Source: Eledone cirrhosa (lineage: Eukaryota). From it: a stretch of 64,000 nt of DNA. The position numbers were made by a program, and so were the translations under genes. The DNA is taken from the NCBI GenBank assembly GCA_964016885.1, contig OZ024742.1, positions 212,226,001 to 212,290,000 on the forward strand, written 5' to 3'. The notes below the pieces were generated by a model. It saw only the letters and a program-made list of their open reading frames with translations. It was not told the origin of the DNA and ran no database searches. This document shows, piece after piece, positions 23,902 through 36,085 of the stretch; position 1 is the first letter of the stretch; every line of letters begins with the position of its first letter.

Positions 23902-26900
23902 ATCATCATCATCATCATCATCATCAACGTTTAACGTCCGTGTTCCACGCTTGCATGGGTTTGGATGGGGGTAGTCCCACTTGAGGCAAGAGTGATTGTC
24001 TTGCTCGCATAGGACTGTCTGGCAGGTTTTCTACAGTTGGATGCCCTTCCTAACACCAACCACATTTACAGTGTGGGTCTGGGAGGTTTTTACCGTGTTG
24101 CCTACACGGCCACATTACAGCGTGGACTGTGTGTTTTTTTGTCGTGACACCTACACGATCTCATTTGTTTCGGCCTCGATGGCGCGGCACCAACATAACT
24201 TTACATAGAACGGGGTGGTGTGGATCGGGTGGGGGTGGTGGTGGTGGGACGGGGTGTATTTTGTTAGTGATGCCTACTGGCTGGAGTAGGTTTTACTATA
24301 TATTTAGGTAAGGCGGGTCTTCTCTGTTACTGAGTACCGCCAAAGGTCTCGGTCCAGTGACATTGTCTTGGAGAGGTGTAAGTGTGTGATGTCGGAGTTT
24401 ATCAGCTCGTCCCAGGTTTTTCTAGGTCTGCCTATTCCGTGACTACCGTCTATCTTTATTGCCCTGCACTTTGTTATACAGCTATCGACTTTCATGCGCA
24501 TCACGTGTCCATACCAACGTAGCCTTCTCTCGAGTAAACAACATCTGATCCCTCTTATCTCTAATTTTTTCCTTAGTTCGTTTATGCTTTGCCGTTCACG
24601 TATATTACTGTTACACATCCAGCGGAGCATGCAAGCTTCGTTCCTCTCTAGTCTGCGTATATCCTCTGCACACAATGCCCAGGTCTCACTGCCATGCAGC
24701 ATTGCTGTTCGTATGCAGGCATCGTACAACCTGCCTTTCATTTTTAGTGAGAACCCTTTAGCAGCTAATAGTGGTATAAGCTCTCTGAACTTTTTCCAAC
24801 CAGTTCTGACTCTAGCTACAGTACTTTCAGAGCACCCTCCCCCACTGCTGATTTTATCGCCCAGGTAACGGAAGCTGTCCACTATTTCTATAGAACCCTC
24901 TGCGCAATTGAAAGAGCTAGTAGTTTGTGGGCACTTGCTGCTACTTATTGCACCAGAGCACCGGCCACATGTAAAATCTATGTTCTTAGTTAGCTTACCT
25001 GTGATCCCACTACATCTTTTATGCACCCATACTTTGCATTTAGGACATAAAATGGAGTTTCTACCTACGCCTTTCCTACACACCGAGCACGACCATTTCC
25101 CAGAAGGGACCGCCGCCTTGTTTTCTTTCCTACAAACTAGTACTTTGGTCTTAGCCAGGTTAATTTTAAGTCCTTTTGACTCTAGGCCGTGCTTCCATGT
25201 TTGGAATTTCTTCTCTAGCTCGGCCATTGATTCCGCTATGAGTGTCAGGTCGTCTGCGTATAGGAGTTCCCATGAGCAGCCTGTCTTGAACTCCTCTGTT
25301 ATAGCCTGAAGGGCAATAATAAATAGTAGTGGACTGAGAACAGAGCCCTGATGGACGCCAACTTTTACGCTAAACTCTTCACTATATTCGTTGTTAATTC
25401 TAACCTTGCTGACTGTTTCTTTATACATGGCTTGTATAGCCCTCACAAGCCATTCGTCAACGCCTAGTTTTCTAAGAGCCCACCAGATAATGGAGCGGGG
25501 GACTCTGTCGAAGGCTTTCTCCAAGTCGACAAAAGCTAAGTAGAGGGGTTTACCTTTAGCTAGGTACTTCTCCTGTAGTTGTCGTACTATGAAAAGAGCG
25601 TCTGTGGTACTTTTGCCTGACACAAACCCGAACTGCATTTCATCTAGGTCAATTCTCTCTCTGATTAGTTGCGCTATTACTCTTTCCGTGACCTTCATGA
25701 CCTGGTCGATTAATTTAATGCCTCTATAGTTACTCCTATCTAGGGCGTCTCCTTTACCCTTATAACAGTTAACGATGATGCTGCTATGCCAGTCCTTCGG
25801 AACAACCCCATTCTGTACGACTTGGTTAACTATGCGGGTGACCATGGTGTGTCCCACCGTGCCAGATGCCTTCAGCATCTCAGCAACTATTTCCGAAGGC
25901 CCAGCCGCCTTACCAGTCTTCATATCCTTGATTGCCTTACTTATTATACTCCCCTCGACTAACACTGCTGGTCCCTCTATTGGGTCGATATGGGGGAGAC
26001 TGCCTTTCTCCCAATTATTCTCCTCATTTAGAAGCCTTTCATAGTGACACTTCCAAGCTACCTTCTTATCAGCGTCGGTGATGGCAAGTGTGCCATCGTC
26101 GTTTAGTACACACTTCTCCCCGACAATATCACGGTTTTCCTTGACGCATTGCCTGGCAATCCTGAACACCTCACGTTTTTGGTCATCGCGTTGTAGAACA
26201 TGCTTGAACTTTCTTTCCTCAGCTTCCCTTCTTGCTAAGTACACTTGTCTCCTAGCTTCCCTCCTGGCCACTTGATAGTCCTCTCTACTTCCCCCATCCC
26301 GCCATACTTTCCAAGCCTGCTTTTTGGCCTTAATTGACCCCTCCACCTTACTGTTCCACCACCATGTTACTCTCCTCCTGCCTACAGGCCTGCTCCAGCC
26401 ACAGACCTCGTCTGTCGCCAACAGCAGGTTTGCTTTCAGAAATTCCCACTCTCCCTCTATATTGTCCGACTCTAAATGTTCTTCCTTACTGTCGAAAGCA
26501 TCAAGTAATATGCTTTGAAATTTATTCCTGGCTGTGGGGTCCTTTAGCTTCCATATTTTCCTCCTGAGGATAGTCCTCTTCTGTTGTCGAGTACGTCTCG
26601 TCCTGACTATGAGGTCGCTAATTATCAGTCTATGTTGGGAGGTGCATTCTTCATGGGGGAGGGATTTAGTGTTAACAACAGACACTCTGTCACGTCTTCT
26701 GGTAAGGATATAATCTACCTGGCTTGTGTGTTCCCCGGATCTATAGGTGATCAGGTGATTGTCACGTTTTTTGAAGTTAGTGTTACAGATAGTTAGGTTA
26801 TTTGCATCACAGAATTCCAGGATTCTGGAGCCTTCCTCATTTCTAGTACCAAACCCATAGCCTCCATGGATTTCGTCGTAGCCGTCACAATGTTGTCCAA

Positions 26901-27436
26901 CGTGACCATTTAGGTCGCCTGCGATAATTATATAGTCACTGTCGGATATTTGGGAGGTAGTTAGCATCAGTGTCTCATAGAATCTGTCTTTTATAGTGCC
27001 GGGCAGTCCGGATTGGGGTGCGTACGCAGATATTACTGTCACCGTAGTTCTATTGAGGACAAGTCGTATTTTAATTATTCTGTCGTTCACTCTATTTACG
27101 TCTATTATCTTATCTGCCCACTTTTCTGCTACCATGATTCCTACTCCACCCAGCCCATCGTCGTTTCCCACCCAGAAAAGCTTATAACATCGTTTTTTAC
27201 CCTCAATGAACCTAGCAGACCCACCCCTCCACCTGGTCTCTTGAATACAACAAACATCGACCTCCTTACGTTCAAGCATTTCTACAACCTCGTTAGCGCG
27301 ACCCTTTAGGGTGCCTACATTTATGGTACCAACTCTGAAGTTTTGGATTGCGTTTGGGGGTTGGGGGCGGTGAGGGGCGGGGGGCGATTGGGTTATGTTA
27401 GCCGTCCGCGGTCGAAACAATGAGGAGTGCTCGCAT
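23902..27436 (-). mobile_element. Near full-length RTE family A LINE
   Basis: Single EN-RT frame, about 400-bp 3' UTR, (GAT)n tail, (TA)n at both junctions. Confidence 0.96.
24304..27420 (-). CDS. RTE ORF: APE endonuclease plus reverse transcriptase with internal PHD finger, 1038 codons uninterrupted, lacking a native ATG
   Basis: GTINV, IQETRW, YAPQ, GDLNGHVG, QVDYIL, SQHRL (APE); NYRGIKL, FVDLEKAFD, GVHQGS, YADD, FRYLG (RT). Confidence 0.93.
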   Translation of the reverse strand: MFRPRTANITQSPPAPHRPQPPNAIQNFRVGTINVGTLKGRANEVVEMLERKEVDVCCIQETRWRGGSARFIEGKKRCYKLFWVGNDDGLGGVGIMVAEKWADKIIDVNRVNDRIIKIRLVLNRTTVTVISAYAPQSGLPGTIKDRFYETLMLTTSQISDSDYIIIAGDLNGHVGQHCDGYDEIHGGYGFGTRNEEGSRILEFCDANNLTICNTNFKKRDNHLITYRSGEHTSQVDYILTRRRDRVSVVNTKSLPHEECTSQHRLIISDLIVRTRRTRQQKRTILRRKIWKLKDPTARNKFQSILLDAFDSKEEHLESDNIEGEWEFLKANLLLATDEVCGWSRPVGRRRVTWWWNSKVEGSIKAKKQAWKVWRDGGSREDYQVARREARRQVYLARREAEERKFKHVLQRDDQKREVFRIARQCVKENRDIVGEKCVLNDDGTLAITDADKKVAWKCHYERLLNEENNWEKGSLPHIDPIEGPAVLVEGSIISKAIKDMKTGKAAGPSEIVAEMLKASGTVGHTMVTRIVNQVVQNGVVPKDWHSSIIVNCYKGKGDALDRSNYRGIKLIDQVMKVTERVIAQLIRERIDLDEMQFGFVSGKSTTDALFIVRQLQEKYLAKGKPLYLAFVDLEKAFDRVPRSIIWWALRKLGVDEWLVRAIQAMYKETVSKVRINNEYSEEFSVKVGVHQGSVLSPLLFIIALQAITEEFKTGCSWELLYADDLTLIAESMAELEKKFQTWKHGLESKGLKINLAKTKVLVCRKENKAAVPSGKWSCSVCRKGVGRNSILCPKCKVWVHKRCSGITGKLTKNIDFTCGRCSGAISSSKCPQTTSSFNCAEGSIEIVDSFRYLGDKISSGGGCSESTVARVRTGWKKFRELIPLLAAKGFSLKMKGRLYDACIRTAMLHGSETWALCAEDIRRLERNEACMLRWMCNSNIRERQSINELRKKLEIRGIRCCLLERRLRWYGHVMRMKVDSCITKCRAIKIDGSHGIGRPRKTWDELINSDITHLHLSKTMSLDRDLWRYSVTEKTRLT

Positions 27437-27447
27437 TATATATATAT

Positions 27448-27600
27448 ATACGATATTAACAAATGGAAACTATATTTATAAAACCATATTTATTTTATTA
27501 TACATATTTATTATACATAATTTAACGTGGTGTCCTTGAAATATGTATAATAAAATAAATATGGTTTTATAAATATAGTTTCCATTTGTTAATATTGTAT
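27448..27600. repeat. 62-bp inverted repeat with a 29-nt spacer
   Basis: 27448-27509 is the reverse complement of 27539-27600 with one G-T pair. Confidence 0.93.
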
Positions 27601-28306
27601 GTTTACTCCAAATACTTGTTGAGTGCTTTATATCAGTTATAAAAATATTTGCTTGTTGTATCCCAACAATTTAAATAGAACTTTTGCATATATATATATA
27701 TATATATATGAATGGACCTGTTATTTTTATCTAAAGACATTTTTTCCAATTCCTTCCCGCCCGTCCCCTCAATCTATTTTATTTCTCATTGTTTCTCCTG
27801 ATGAAGGACTCGCGTCCGAAACTTTAAGACCCTCTCCCTGCTATATCAAGCGTGAACCTAATATCTACATTCCATATACTGTACCAATTGTGTTATTTCT
27901 GTTTACCTTTTACACACATACATATATATATATATATAACTACACACTAGAAAGTGCCTAAAAATTTGTATTCCTCTATTTTATAATTCATTGTAGCCTG
28001 TACTGTTAAAGACAATGACAAAATTGATCAATCAAAATTTTAAGTTATGATGTTTTTCAATGGAACACTTTTTAGATATATGAATTAACAAATATTTAAA
28101 AGCAATTAGATTTAAAATTATATATCAATATGCCTTTTATTTAACATTGTACATTGGATAATTCTGAAATTCTACTTTAATTTTTTGTTTGACCTTATGA
28201 TGTTTGACCTCTTGATGTTCTTGTTTATTAATGTTGTTTTTCTCTAATCTAAAATTGCAATATAAATGACTAATCCTATTTCTTTTATTTTTATTTTGAC
28301 TTCAAG

Positions 28307-28438
28307 AAATTATGAATGATGTTGTGTTGGCAGTAAAGAAAAATGCTGAATGGAAAGTTCTTATCGTTGACCAACTCAGTATGAGAATGATATCAGCATG
28401 TTGTAAAATGCATGAAATCATGTCTGAGGGAATTACAT
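28307..28438 (+). CDS. STXBP1: Sec1/Munc18 (STXBP1/Unc-18/Rop) coding exon A, first exon visible, 132 nt
   Basis: ttcaag|AA ATT ATG...ACA T|gtgagt; encodes (K)[43 protein letters not shown], the Munc18 domain 1 N-terminus with the WKVLIVD motif. Confidence 0.96.
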
Positions 28439-29204
28439 GTGAGTTCCTATTTTCTTTTCTAACTTCAGTTCAAATAAAATATTTAAAGATATGCTATAAT
28501 TGATTGATGAGGACTTCAGAAAGATGGTTCAATGTGGTAGAAATATATAAAGGGAAAAGGAGGACAAATAAAACAAAACAAAATAATGTTTTTTACCCAG
28601 TATATTTCAACATATTTCAGGAAGAATGCATCGTATTTGTTTTGCTTTTGAAAAGAGGATCCTAACTATGAAATATCATGTTGGAATATATTGGGTAAAA
28701 AAACATTTCTTTTTGCCCTTTAAATCTTTTTACCACATAGTCCTGGCCTTCTGAAGTCCTCATCAATTAATTTCATATCGCACATTACTTCATGTTAACT
28801 ATACTACTTCATTTAAAGATATTTTTGTTAATGCAAATGACAAGAACTCCAAATAATTATTTTGTTTTAAAAAATGTCTATTCTTTACTGATTTAAGCAA
28901 TTTGAGTTTTTGTTTTAAACAATTTTTCTCTAAAATGACCATAGTGAGATTTTAATTAACATCTAACCCAAATATAGTTGTGCAATGTAACTTTTTTGTA
29001 AATTCTGTTGTTTTATTCATTGTGTTATTCATATTATATTAAAGTTTAAAAAATTGATATTTAAGAAGTTTTTAAACTCTATGATTTGCTATGTTTAGAA
29101 ATATTACATTATCATTTAATTTTTTTTTCATGATAGTGTTTACAGAATAGCTACTATCCAATTATCTCAACTTAAATTAATTCATTTTGCATCAATTATA
29201 ATAA

Positions 29205-29696
29205 CTAGCAGAAAAACCACCCTACGGGTGGTTTTCTGCTAGCATGTGTAGTGTGTATATTGATATTATACACAAATATATATGCATGTAGATATGATAC
29301 TTCAAATAAAATCGTAATTGACAATATACACAGAAATTGAACGAAGACGTTGTTACACTCTCTTACGTAATCAGTAACGTAATCCATGATACATTTAAAA
29401 AAAGACGATATTATATATAAACTGCATTAGGAGAAAATTGGCGACGGAAATATATGCGATATTTTTATAAGTGTTATAATATAACGGCCGCTAACCGGAA
29501 GTGTTGACATATGAAAATGTTAAAGGTCTTTAAATAAGTTATAAAATATATTTAATCAACAGCCACGAAATTTAGCAGGTAAATTATGTAATATTCATTC
29601 ATTATTTCTTCAAAATAATCCAACTTATTTTACAAACGGGGTAAAAAAATATATTCTGGACGCAACCCCGCACTCCTTTCTTTATTATAGTTAAGA
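29205..29696 (-). mobile_element. Non-autonomous Helitron
   Basis: The minus strand begins A|TCttaactataataaag and ends with a GC-rich hairpin plus CTAG|T. Confidence 0.75.
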
Positions 29697-29881
29697 TTGT
29701 TTCTACATTTGGCACAAGGCCAGCAATCATTCCAGTGTATTACTGGTGCTTTATTTTATCGACCCCCATAAGGATGAAAGGCAAAGTTAACCTTGGCGGG
29801 ATTTGAACTCAGACCATAAAGGGCCGTAACTCTATGCTGCAAAGCATGACATCAGACCCTCTACTTCCAATCCACCACCCT
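29697..29881 (-). mobile_element. SINE family 1 copy
   Basis: Similar to 16947-17135. Confidence 0.87.
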
Positions 29882-29963
29882 TTACATCAATTATAATAAT
29901 GAAAATTATTGTGTACAGTGCTCAGGTGCACAACTCATCAAAGGTGCATGTATAGTACATAGA

Positions 29964-30152
29964 ATAATTGTTTCTACTTTAGGCACAAGGCCAGCAATTA
30001 CCCAGTGCATTACTGGTACTTTATTTTATCGACCCCGTAAGGATGAAAGGCAAAGTCAACCTCGGCGGGATTTGAACTCAGATCGTAAAGGGACGTAACT
30101 ATGCTGGAAAGCATGGCGTCCGACCCTCTACCGATACTGCCAATCCACCGCC
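29964..30152 (-). mobile_element. SINE family 1 copy
   Basis: Similar to 16947-17135. Confidence 0.88.
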
Positions 30153-30859
30153 ACACTAAAGTCATTCCATAATGTTGGTTTACCAAGTGCTGCTTTTAAA
30201 GTCAGATTCTTTGAACTAATGACTCTTGAAATTTTTCATTTTATTTTTATTGTGCAATACCTGCTTCTCTGAGAAACATTTTTCATATGTGCATTGTTCT
30301 TTAGTTCTTGAGGGCTCACTTTGGGTCTTTAGAATCACATCACCTATCTTATAACTATTCATCTCCATAACTTTATTAATCTTAAACCTTAATCATGTTT
30401 TTCTATTTTGCTACAAAACTATCTGCTGTCTGTTGTTACTAAATTGTCTTTTTATCCACATGTCAGACCTATTTGAATCATTAATTAGTCAGTTTTCCCA
30501 CATGGTCAAGTGGTCAACACTGTCGTGTCCTGATTCCACCAGTGGAGGTTTTTTATAGTCCCAACTTTGCAGCCATATCTCAATTTTTTGCCACTTATTT
30601 CTATTGTGTCTGAATGAATAGTTAGACATCTTTGATATGTTTAATGAAACCATTGGTAATGCATGGATAAATCAAACTGTTAATATCTATCGCAGTTCTT
30701 TCCACTTCTGTCCAACTGGTTCCGGTGTATCCAAGGTTTTCCTGGAATGTTTAGCACCAGGTGTTCCTGGGCTGGCCCTTCTTCTACTTTCCCTTTTCTA
30801 GTGTCCATGACATTACAGTCCTTGAAATGCGACCCACTGAGCAGGTGTACATATGTAGT

Positions 30860-31425
30860 ATAATAATAATAATGAAAATCTTTATGTACAGTGCTCAGGT
30901 GCACTACAACTCACCAAAGGTGCATGTATAGTACATAGAATAATGTACAAATATCAGGAAAGTGAACAGTGTATGTCATGATATACACGCACATACATGC
31001 ATTCATATGTATGGAGGCGGAATATCAGGTGTGTGTTGGCAAATTTCGGGAAGCATACAGGTTTTGAAGGATGCAGTGTCTTGGCAGCTAACAACTGATG
31101 CAGGTACAACTGATGGGAGCTGTATTGTTTTCTGACTTTGTAGGCATGCTCACAGGTGTTAGACTCATGAAATTCAAAAGGATGCTCAGGGTTGTTATTG
31201 GCAAGATGGTTAATAATTTTGTCGGTGTTTACCAAGTCATTTTCCAGATGTCAGAGCTTTAATGTATCCATGCCTAGGATAGCGAAGCGTTCAGAGTATG
31301 GTAGATGCCTTATGGAGGGTATTTGCTTGGTTGCACATCTTGAACAGTTTCCAGGAGGTCAATATTCTGAGCAAGATAGGGGTTCCAGACTGATGATGCA
31401 AATTCTAAGTGTGGCCGCACCATAG
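30860..31425 (-). mobile_element. Old CR1-type LINE 3' end; a short copy of its terminus is at about 29893-29968
   Basis: Minus-strand remnant ATKQIPSIRHLPYSER...DLVNTDKIINHL...HAYKVRK; (att)n tail. Confidence 0.7.
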
Positions 31426-31994
31426 CTATATGTGTTCATATGGTGTTGCTATAACTTCACCTCCTCTCCTCAACATTTTTCAAATTTGCTTGCATTCCTA
31501 TTTATTTTCTCCTTGCTGAGACCATTATGACTCTTGTTTTCCATTATCTCCTTTTCTTCCTCCTCACTCTAACTTTTTCCAATCTGTCCTGCAATACCAG
31601 TAAACATTTCATCTCTCTCCAATGATGGCTTTTGCTTGAAACGTCGGACTTCTCTTTTTCCTCAAGACAAAATGTAACCACTGCTGAACATCAATAGTTT
31701 CTCCATGTTCTATTGTTATACTATTTTTATCTTAATTTGTTATATACTATGAATAACTCTGGTATGTTAGTTAGTATTTAGCTTGACCTATTTCTACTGC
31801 CAATGAAGCCAATAACATTTCAGTTGTTAAAGGATAAATGATTTTTCGCTTTCATAATTGCTTCATTCTAAATTTCTCACTTATCAATTCTGTTTACTCT
31901 TTGTCGAGGACAAGTATACAATACTCTCCTTATTTCAGTTAAAACCATTTCATATTGCTTTCAATTTCAGAATATCTTTTTCATTACATACTCA

Positions 31995-32337
31995 GGAGGC
32001 ACATGGCTTAGTGGTTAGAGCATTGGCTTTGCAATCGAAAGGTCGTGAGTTCAATTCTCAGACCAGGTGATGTGTTGTTTCCTTGAGCAAGACACTTTAT
32101 TTCACATTGCTCCAGTTTACTCAGCTGTAGAAATGAGATGATAGGGACTGGGGTCCCTATCATTCCACTGCAAAGTGGTCGTGGAGGTGCCACGAAAAAA
32201 AAGCACCCAGCACTCACTGTAAATGAGGCTGGTGTTAGGAAGGGCATCCAGCTGTAGAAATCAAGCCAGAATCAGTTCCCGTCCCACCCTTGCAAGCAGG
32301 GAAAAGCGGACGTAAAATGAAATGATGAATGATGATG
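31995..32337 (+). mobile_element. tRNA-CORE SINE family 2 with RTE-type tail
   Basis: A box TGGCTTAGTGG, B box GAGTTCAATTC, CORE-like ccttgagcaagacactt, tail matching the RTE B 3' end, actca TSD. Confidence 0.88.
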
Positions 32338-33366
32338 ACTCAGTTTTTATAAATATATCCTCATTTGTCCTTAGTGGTTAACTTTTATTCAAATCTCTTT
32401 GTTTTTTAAAGTAAAGAGTTGTGTGCTCATGTGCGGAGATGTTATAAAATAGCTTATAAAATAGGGTGAAAACTCTTAAAGATGGAAAACGAAGTTAACA
32501 TTGACCACTACAAGGAATTAACCTCGTATCTCCCAGATAATTGCTAGGTGTTTTAGGAACTTTCTGTGTTTTAGAATTCCTGTCATCTAACTTTGCTTGA
32601 CATTCGTATTCTATTATTATTTTATACAATTCTTTTCAGCTTCTCTTGATAACCTTTTTATGACTTAGTTGGTATCTTTTCATAGAAAACTAGCATTTTT
32701 TAGATTTATTTAGATAGTTTTATCGAACCCATGACATTATGATCATAAATCCAATCCCCTAACCTCTAGGTCATGCGTTCACCTCTTTTACAACACACCA
32801 ATATATTAATTCATTTGTATTTAATAGCTTTTCATATTTACTTTATTATATTTCATACTATATCTATCTTCTATGTCAAGTTGTAAATATTGTCATTTTC
32901 TCCTATATAAACTGACAAAGGACATTAGGTATATTTCAAAGTAAATAAAATATTAATTCAAGCAGTTAGGGAAGTATTGTACACAAAAAAATTCTTAATG
33001 AATTGAAATTTGCCTTTTAGTTGTAGAAAGAAAACAGAATCCTACTGGTAATTATTAGCAATTCTCAAAGAGGAGAATTAATTTTCATATTGCGTGGAGA
33101 AATTTGATTTTTGTTAATGAGCAAGGTAACAGCTACAGACATGTTTCGATCTTATTAAACTTCATTACATGAAATTGTATACTTGACCCTATTTTGATTA
33201 ATGGACAGATTTTTACTAGTAGAAAAATACTTAGGAAAATTCTTAGCCAGTATTATTTGCATAATTACACAAATGAACTCTCTTTTTGTAAAGTATTAAG
33301 TTATCTGTTTAGTATATTTCATAATAAACCCAAATATTAGATTAAATTAAGTTAAATATTGATAAG

Positions 33367-33609
33367 TTAAAGATTTTGATTTAAAAAAATTACTATGTAA
33401 GCATTCTATAAAAAGTATGTTTAATGTATGTATCACACTAATTTGATTATTTTCAGAATATCAGTTGACACCATATACATTAATGATAGGTTAAAGATTT
33501 TGATTTAAAAAAATTACTATGTAAGCAATCTAAAAAAAGTATGTTTAATGTATGTATCTCACTAATTTGATTATTTTCAGAATATCAGTTGACACCATAT
33601 ACATTAATG
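33367..33609. repeat. About 124-bp tandem duplication
   Basis: gttaaagattttgatttaaaaaaattactatgtaagc...catatacattaatg occurs twice. Confidence 0.9.
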
Positions 33610-34444
33610 GCTAAGATTTAAATATAAACATTAATATATATGTTGAACAATGAAAACAAAAAGCAAAGTTTAGTGCTTAATCAATTCATTGTTTTCCGAT
33701 CATTTCAGAATGTACATCATGATAAATCAATTTAGTGATTAATCGATAGTAGGTATAAAATTCTATATTATTGGTTTCAATATTACAGATCCATCTTAAA
33801 CAAGAACTCTCATCACCTGATCTCACTGAAATTATTATTTCTGTTCTACATGGAATTCTAGCAATGTTATTGGCCCTACCATAGACTCGTAGATACCAAT
33901 ATATAAATATTTAATATCATATAGACCAATTTGAGGTAGAAAAGGGGGCAGTTAGTGTGACTGTTGAATTTTTTTCTCTCTCAAATCGGTATGCAGTTAA
34001 TACTTGTTCTAAATAGATCCTGAAGGTTTAACTTAAAATGTATTAAACATACCCAACCAATCATTGATTACTGTTTAAAGTATTATTCTAATTATTGGCA
34101 TTTTTAGAATGTTGATGCAATGTTTTGGGTCAGTTGGATAACTTAACTGCTGACTACTTCATTTCTTTGTATATCACTTTTCTTTGAGCATAGACACCAA
34201 TCTCACTTTGTTTGAATTCAGAAATCAGGAAAGCTTGTTAGCATTAAAATAAACACTGTGAGTAGAACCATGTTTGATTGAGAACAATTAATACTTTAGC
34301 AAATCAGATTGAATAATAGACTGATGATTATGGTTAATGATATAATGACCAGGAACTAAATTCAGTTCATCATAATTTTAGCTAATAAGCTAGTGATGGA
34401 GATACTGAAAAGGGTTAGCAAAACTAGCATCATTGAAAACGGTT

Positions 34445-36085
34445 AGCAAAACTGGCATCATTACTGAAATGCTTAAAGCGGCTTGCGAGGAGGGAGTTGT
34501 GTTGGTGAGGCAGCTGGCAGAAACCGTCTTCAGTGAAGGTACCATTCCTAAAGACTGAGAGGAGAACTTCATCCTGAACCTTTACAAAGGTAAGGGGAGG
34601 TCCTCGAGCGGTGCAACTACCGTGGCCTCAAGCTTACCGATCAAGTAATGAAGCTGCTTAAGCATGTGTTAGATTCCTACATTCGCAAGATGGTGAACAT
34701 CAATGAAATGCAATTTGGTTTTGTGCCTGGTAGAGGCACCACAGACGCCATTTTCATTGCTTGCCAATTTCAAGAGAAGTATGTTGGTGCCAAGAAACCT
34801 CTCTTCTTTGCATTTGTCAACTGTTGAGAAAGCTTTCGACCGTGTGCCAAGGAAAGTACTCTGGTGGGCAATGAGAAGTCTAGGCATGGAGGAGTGGGCT
34901 GTCTGTATCATCCAGGGCATGTACATAAACATCAGGAGTCGTGTTTGTGTCAATGGGCATTACAGCTATGAGTTTGGTCTGGGAGTTGGAGTCCATCAGA
35001 GCTCAGTGTTCAGTCCACTCCCCTTCATCCTGGTGCTGGAGACACTGACATGGAAGTTCTGCACTAGCGTCCCATAGGAGCTGCTGTATGCTGACGATCT
35101 TGTGGTCATTGCCGACTCTCTTGGGGTTGCATCTCCAAATTGCAATCATGGAAAACTGGCATGGAAAGAAAAGGTCTTTGTGTCAATACGAAGAAGACAA
35201 AGTTCCTGATCTCTGGTATTGGTCTTGGCCTCCTCAAAGATTCTGGCGAATTCCCCTGTGCTGTCTGTCGCAGTGGTGTGGGTGCAAACTCCATTGAATG
35301 CTCTCAATGCGAGCTATGGGTCCATAAGAGGTGTAGTGGTATCACCAAGAAACTAGTTGCTGATCCAGAGTACGTTTGTCGTAGGTGTCAAGGTGTCGCC
35401 AGCCCAGTGGATGGTCGATCTGATATGCATGTGGATGTGGACAGCACATTACTTTATATAGAAGGCACTTTCTGCTACCTGGATGACATGATCTGTGCTG
35501 ATGGAGACTGTAAATGTGCTGCTGCTGTGTTTCATGGGGCAAATTCAGAAAGCTGTTGCCCATCCTCACTTCAAGGCACATCTCTTTCAAGGTTCGTGGC
35601 AAAGTGTTTTCTGCTTGTATCCGCTCCGCCATGCTTCATGGCAATGAGACATGAGCTCCGAGTGCCTCAGATCTGCAATGGCTCAGGCGAAATGATCGTG
35701 CCATGATTAGGTGGATCTATGGCGCCAAATTGAAAGATGAGACCCCTTCGATCGTGCACCACCAGAAGCTGGGTGTGGATGAGATCACTGCTGTCCTTCG
35801 CATACAATGTCTCCGTTGGTACGGACATGTACAGCGAAAGACGTCATGCATCAACTCCATCACTCACTTGGCAATCCCTGGCACTAGAGATCACGGCAGA
35901 CCAACGAAGACGTGGTTGGAGTGCATGAAGAGTGATTTGTATAAATGGAACTTGGCCGATGTTGATACAATGGACAGAAATTTATGGAGAGCGGCTGTGA
36001 GACATTGCCTGTTGTTGCCTACCTTGGAGTCCGGCACAACCGCAGCACCTTAAAGACCAAAACTGAATATGAATGGATGGATTGA
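34445..36085 (+). mobile_element. Older RTE family C LINE fragment (RT, PHD finger, C-terminus)
   Basis: KAFDRVPR, GVHQSSV, YADD, CAVC...CSQC..WVHKRC...CRRC, LRWYGHV; many disablements. Confidence 0.9.

Noticed and set aside
24494-27309. Plus-strand ORFs overlapping the RTE, and the equivalent antisense ORFs on other copies
   Set aside because: Antisense shadows of the LINE reading frame
31995-32070. tRNA gene
   Set aside because: A and B boxes are present but the sequence continues into a CORE domain and LINE tail with a TSD, so it is a SINE head
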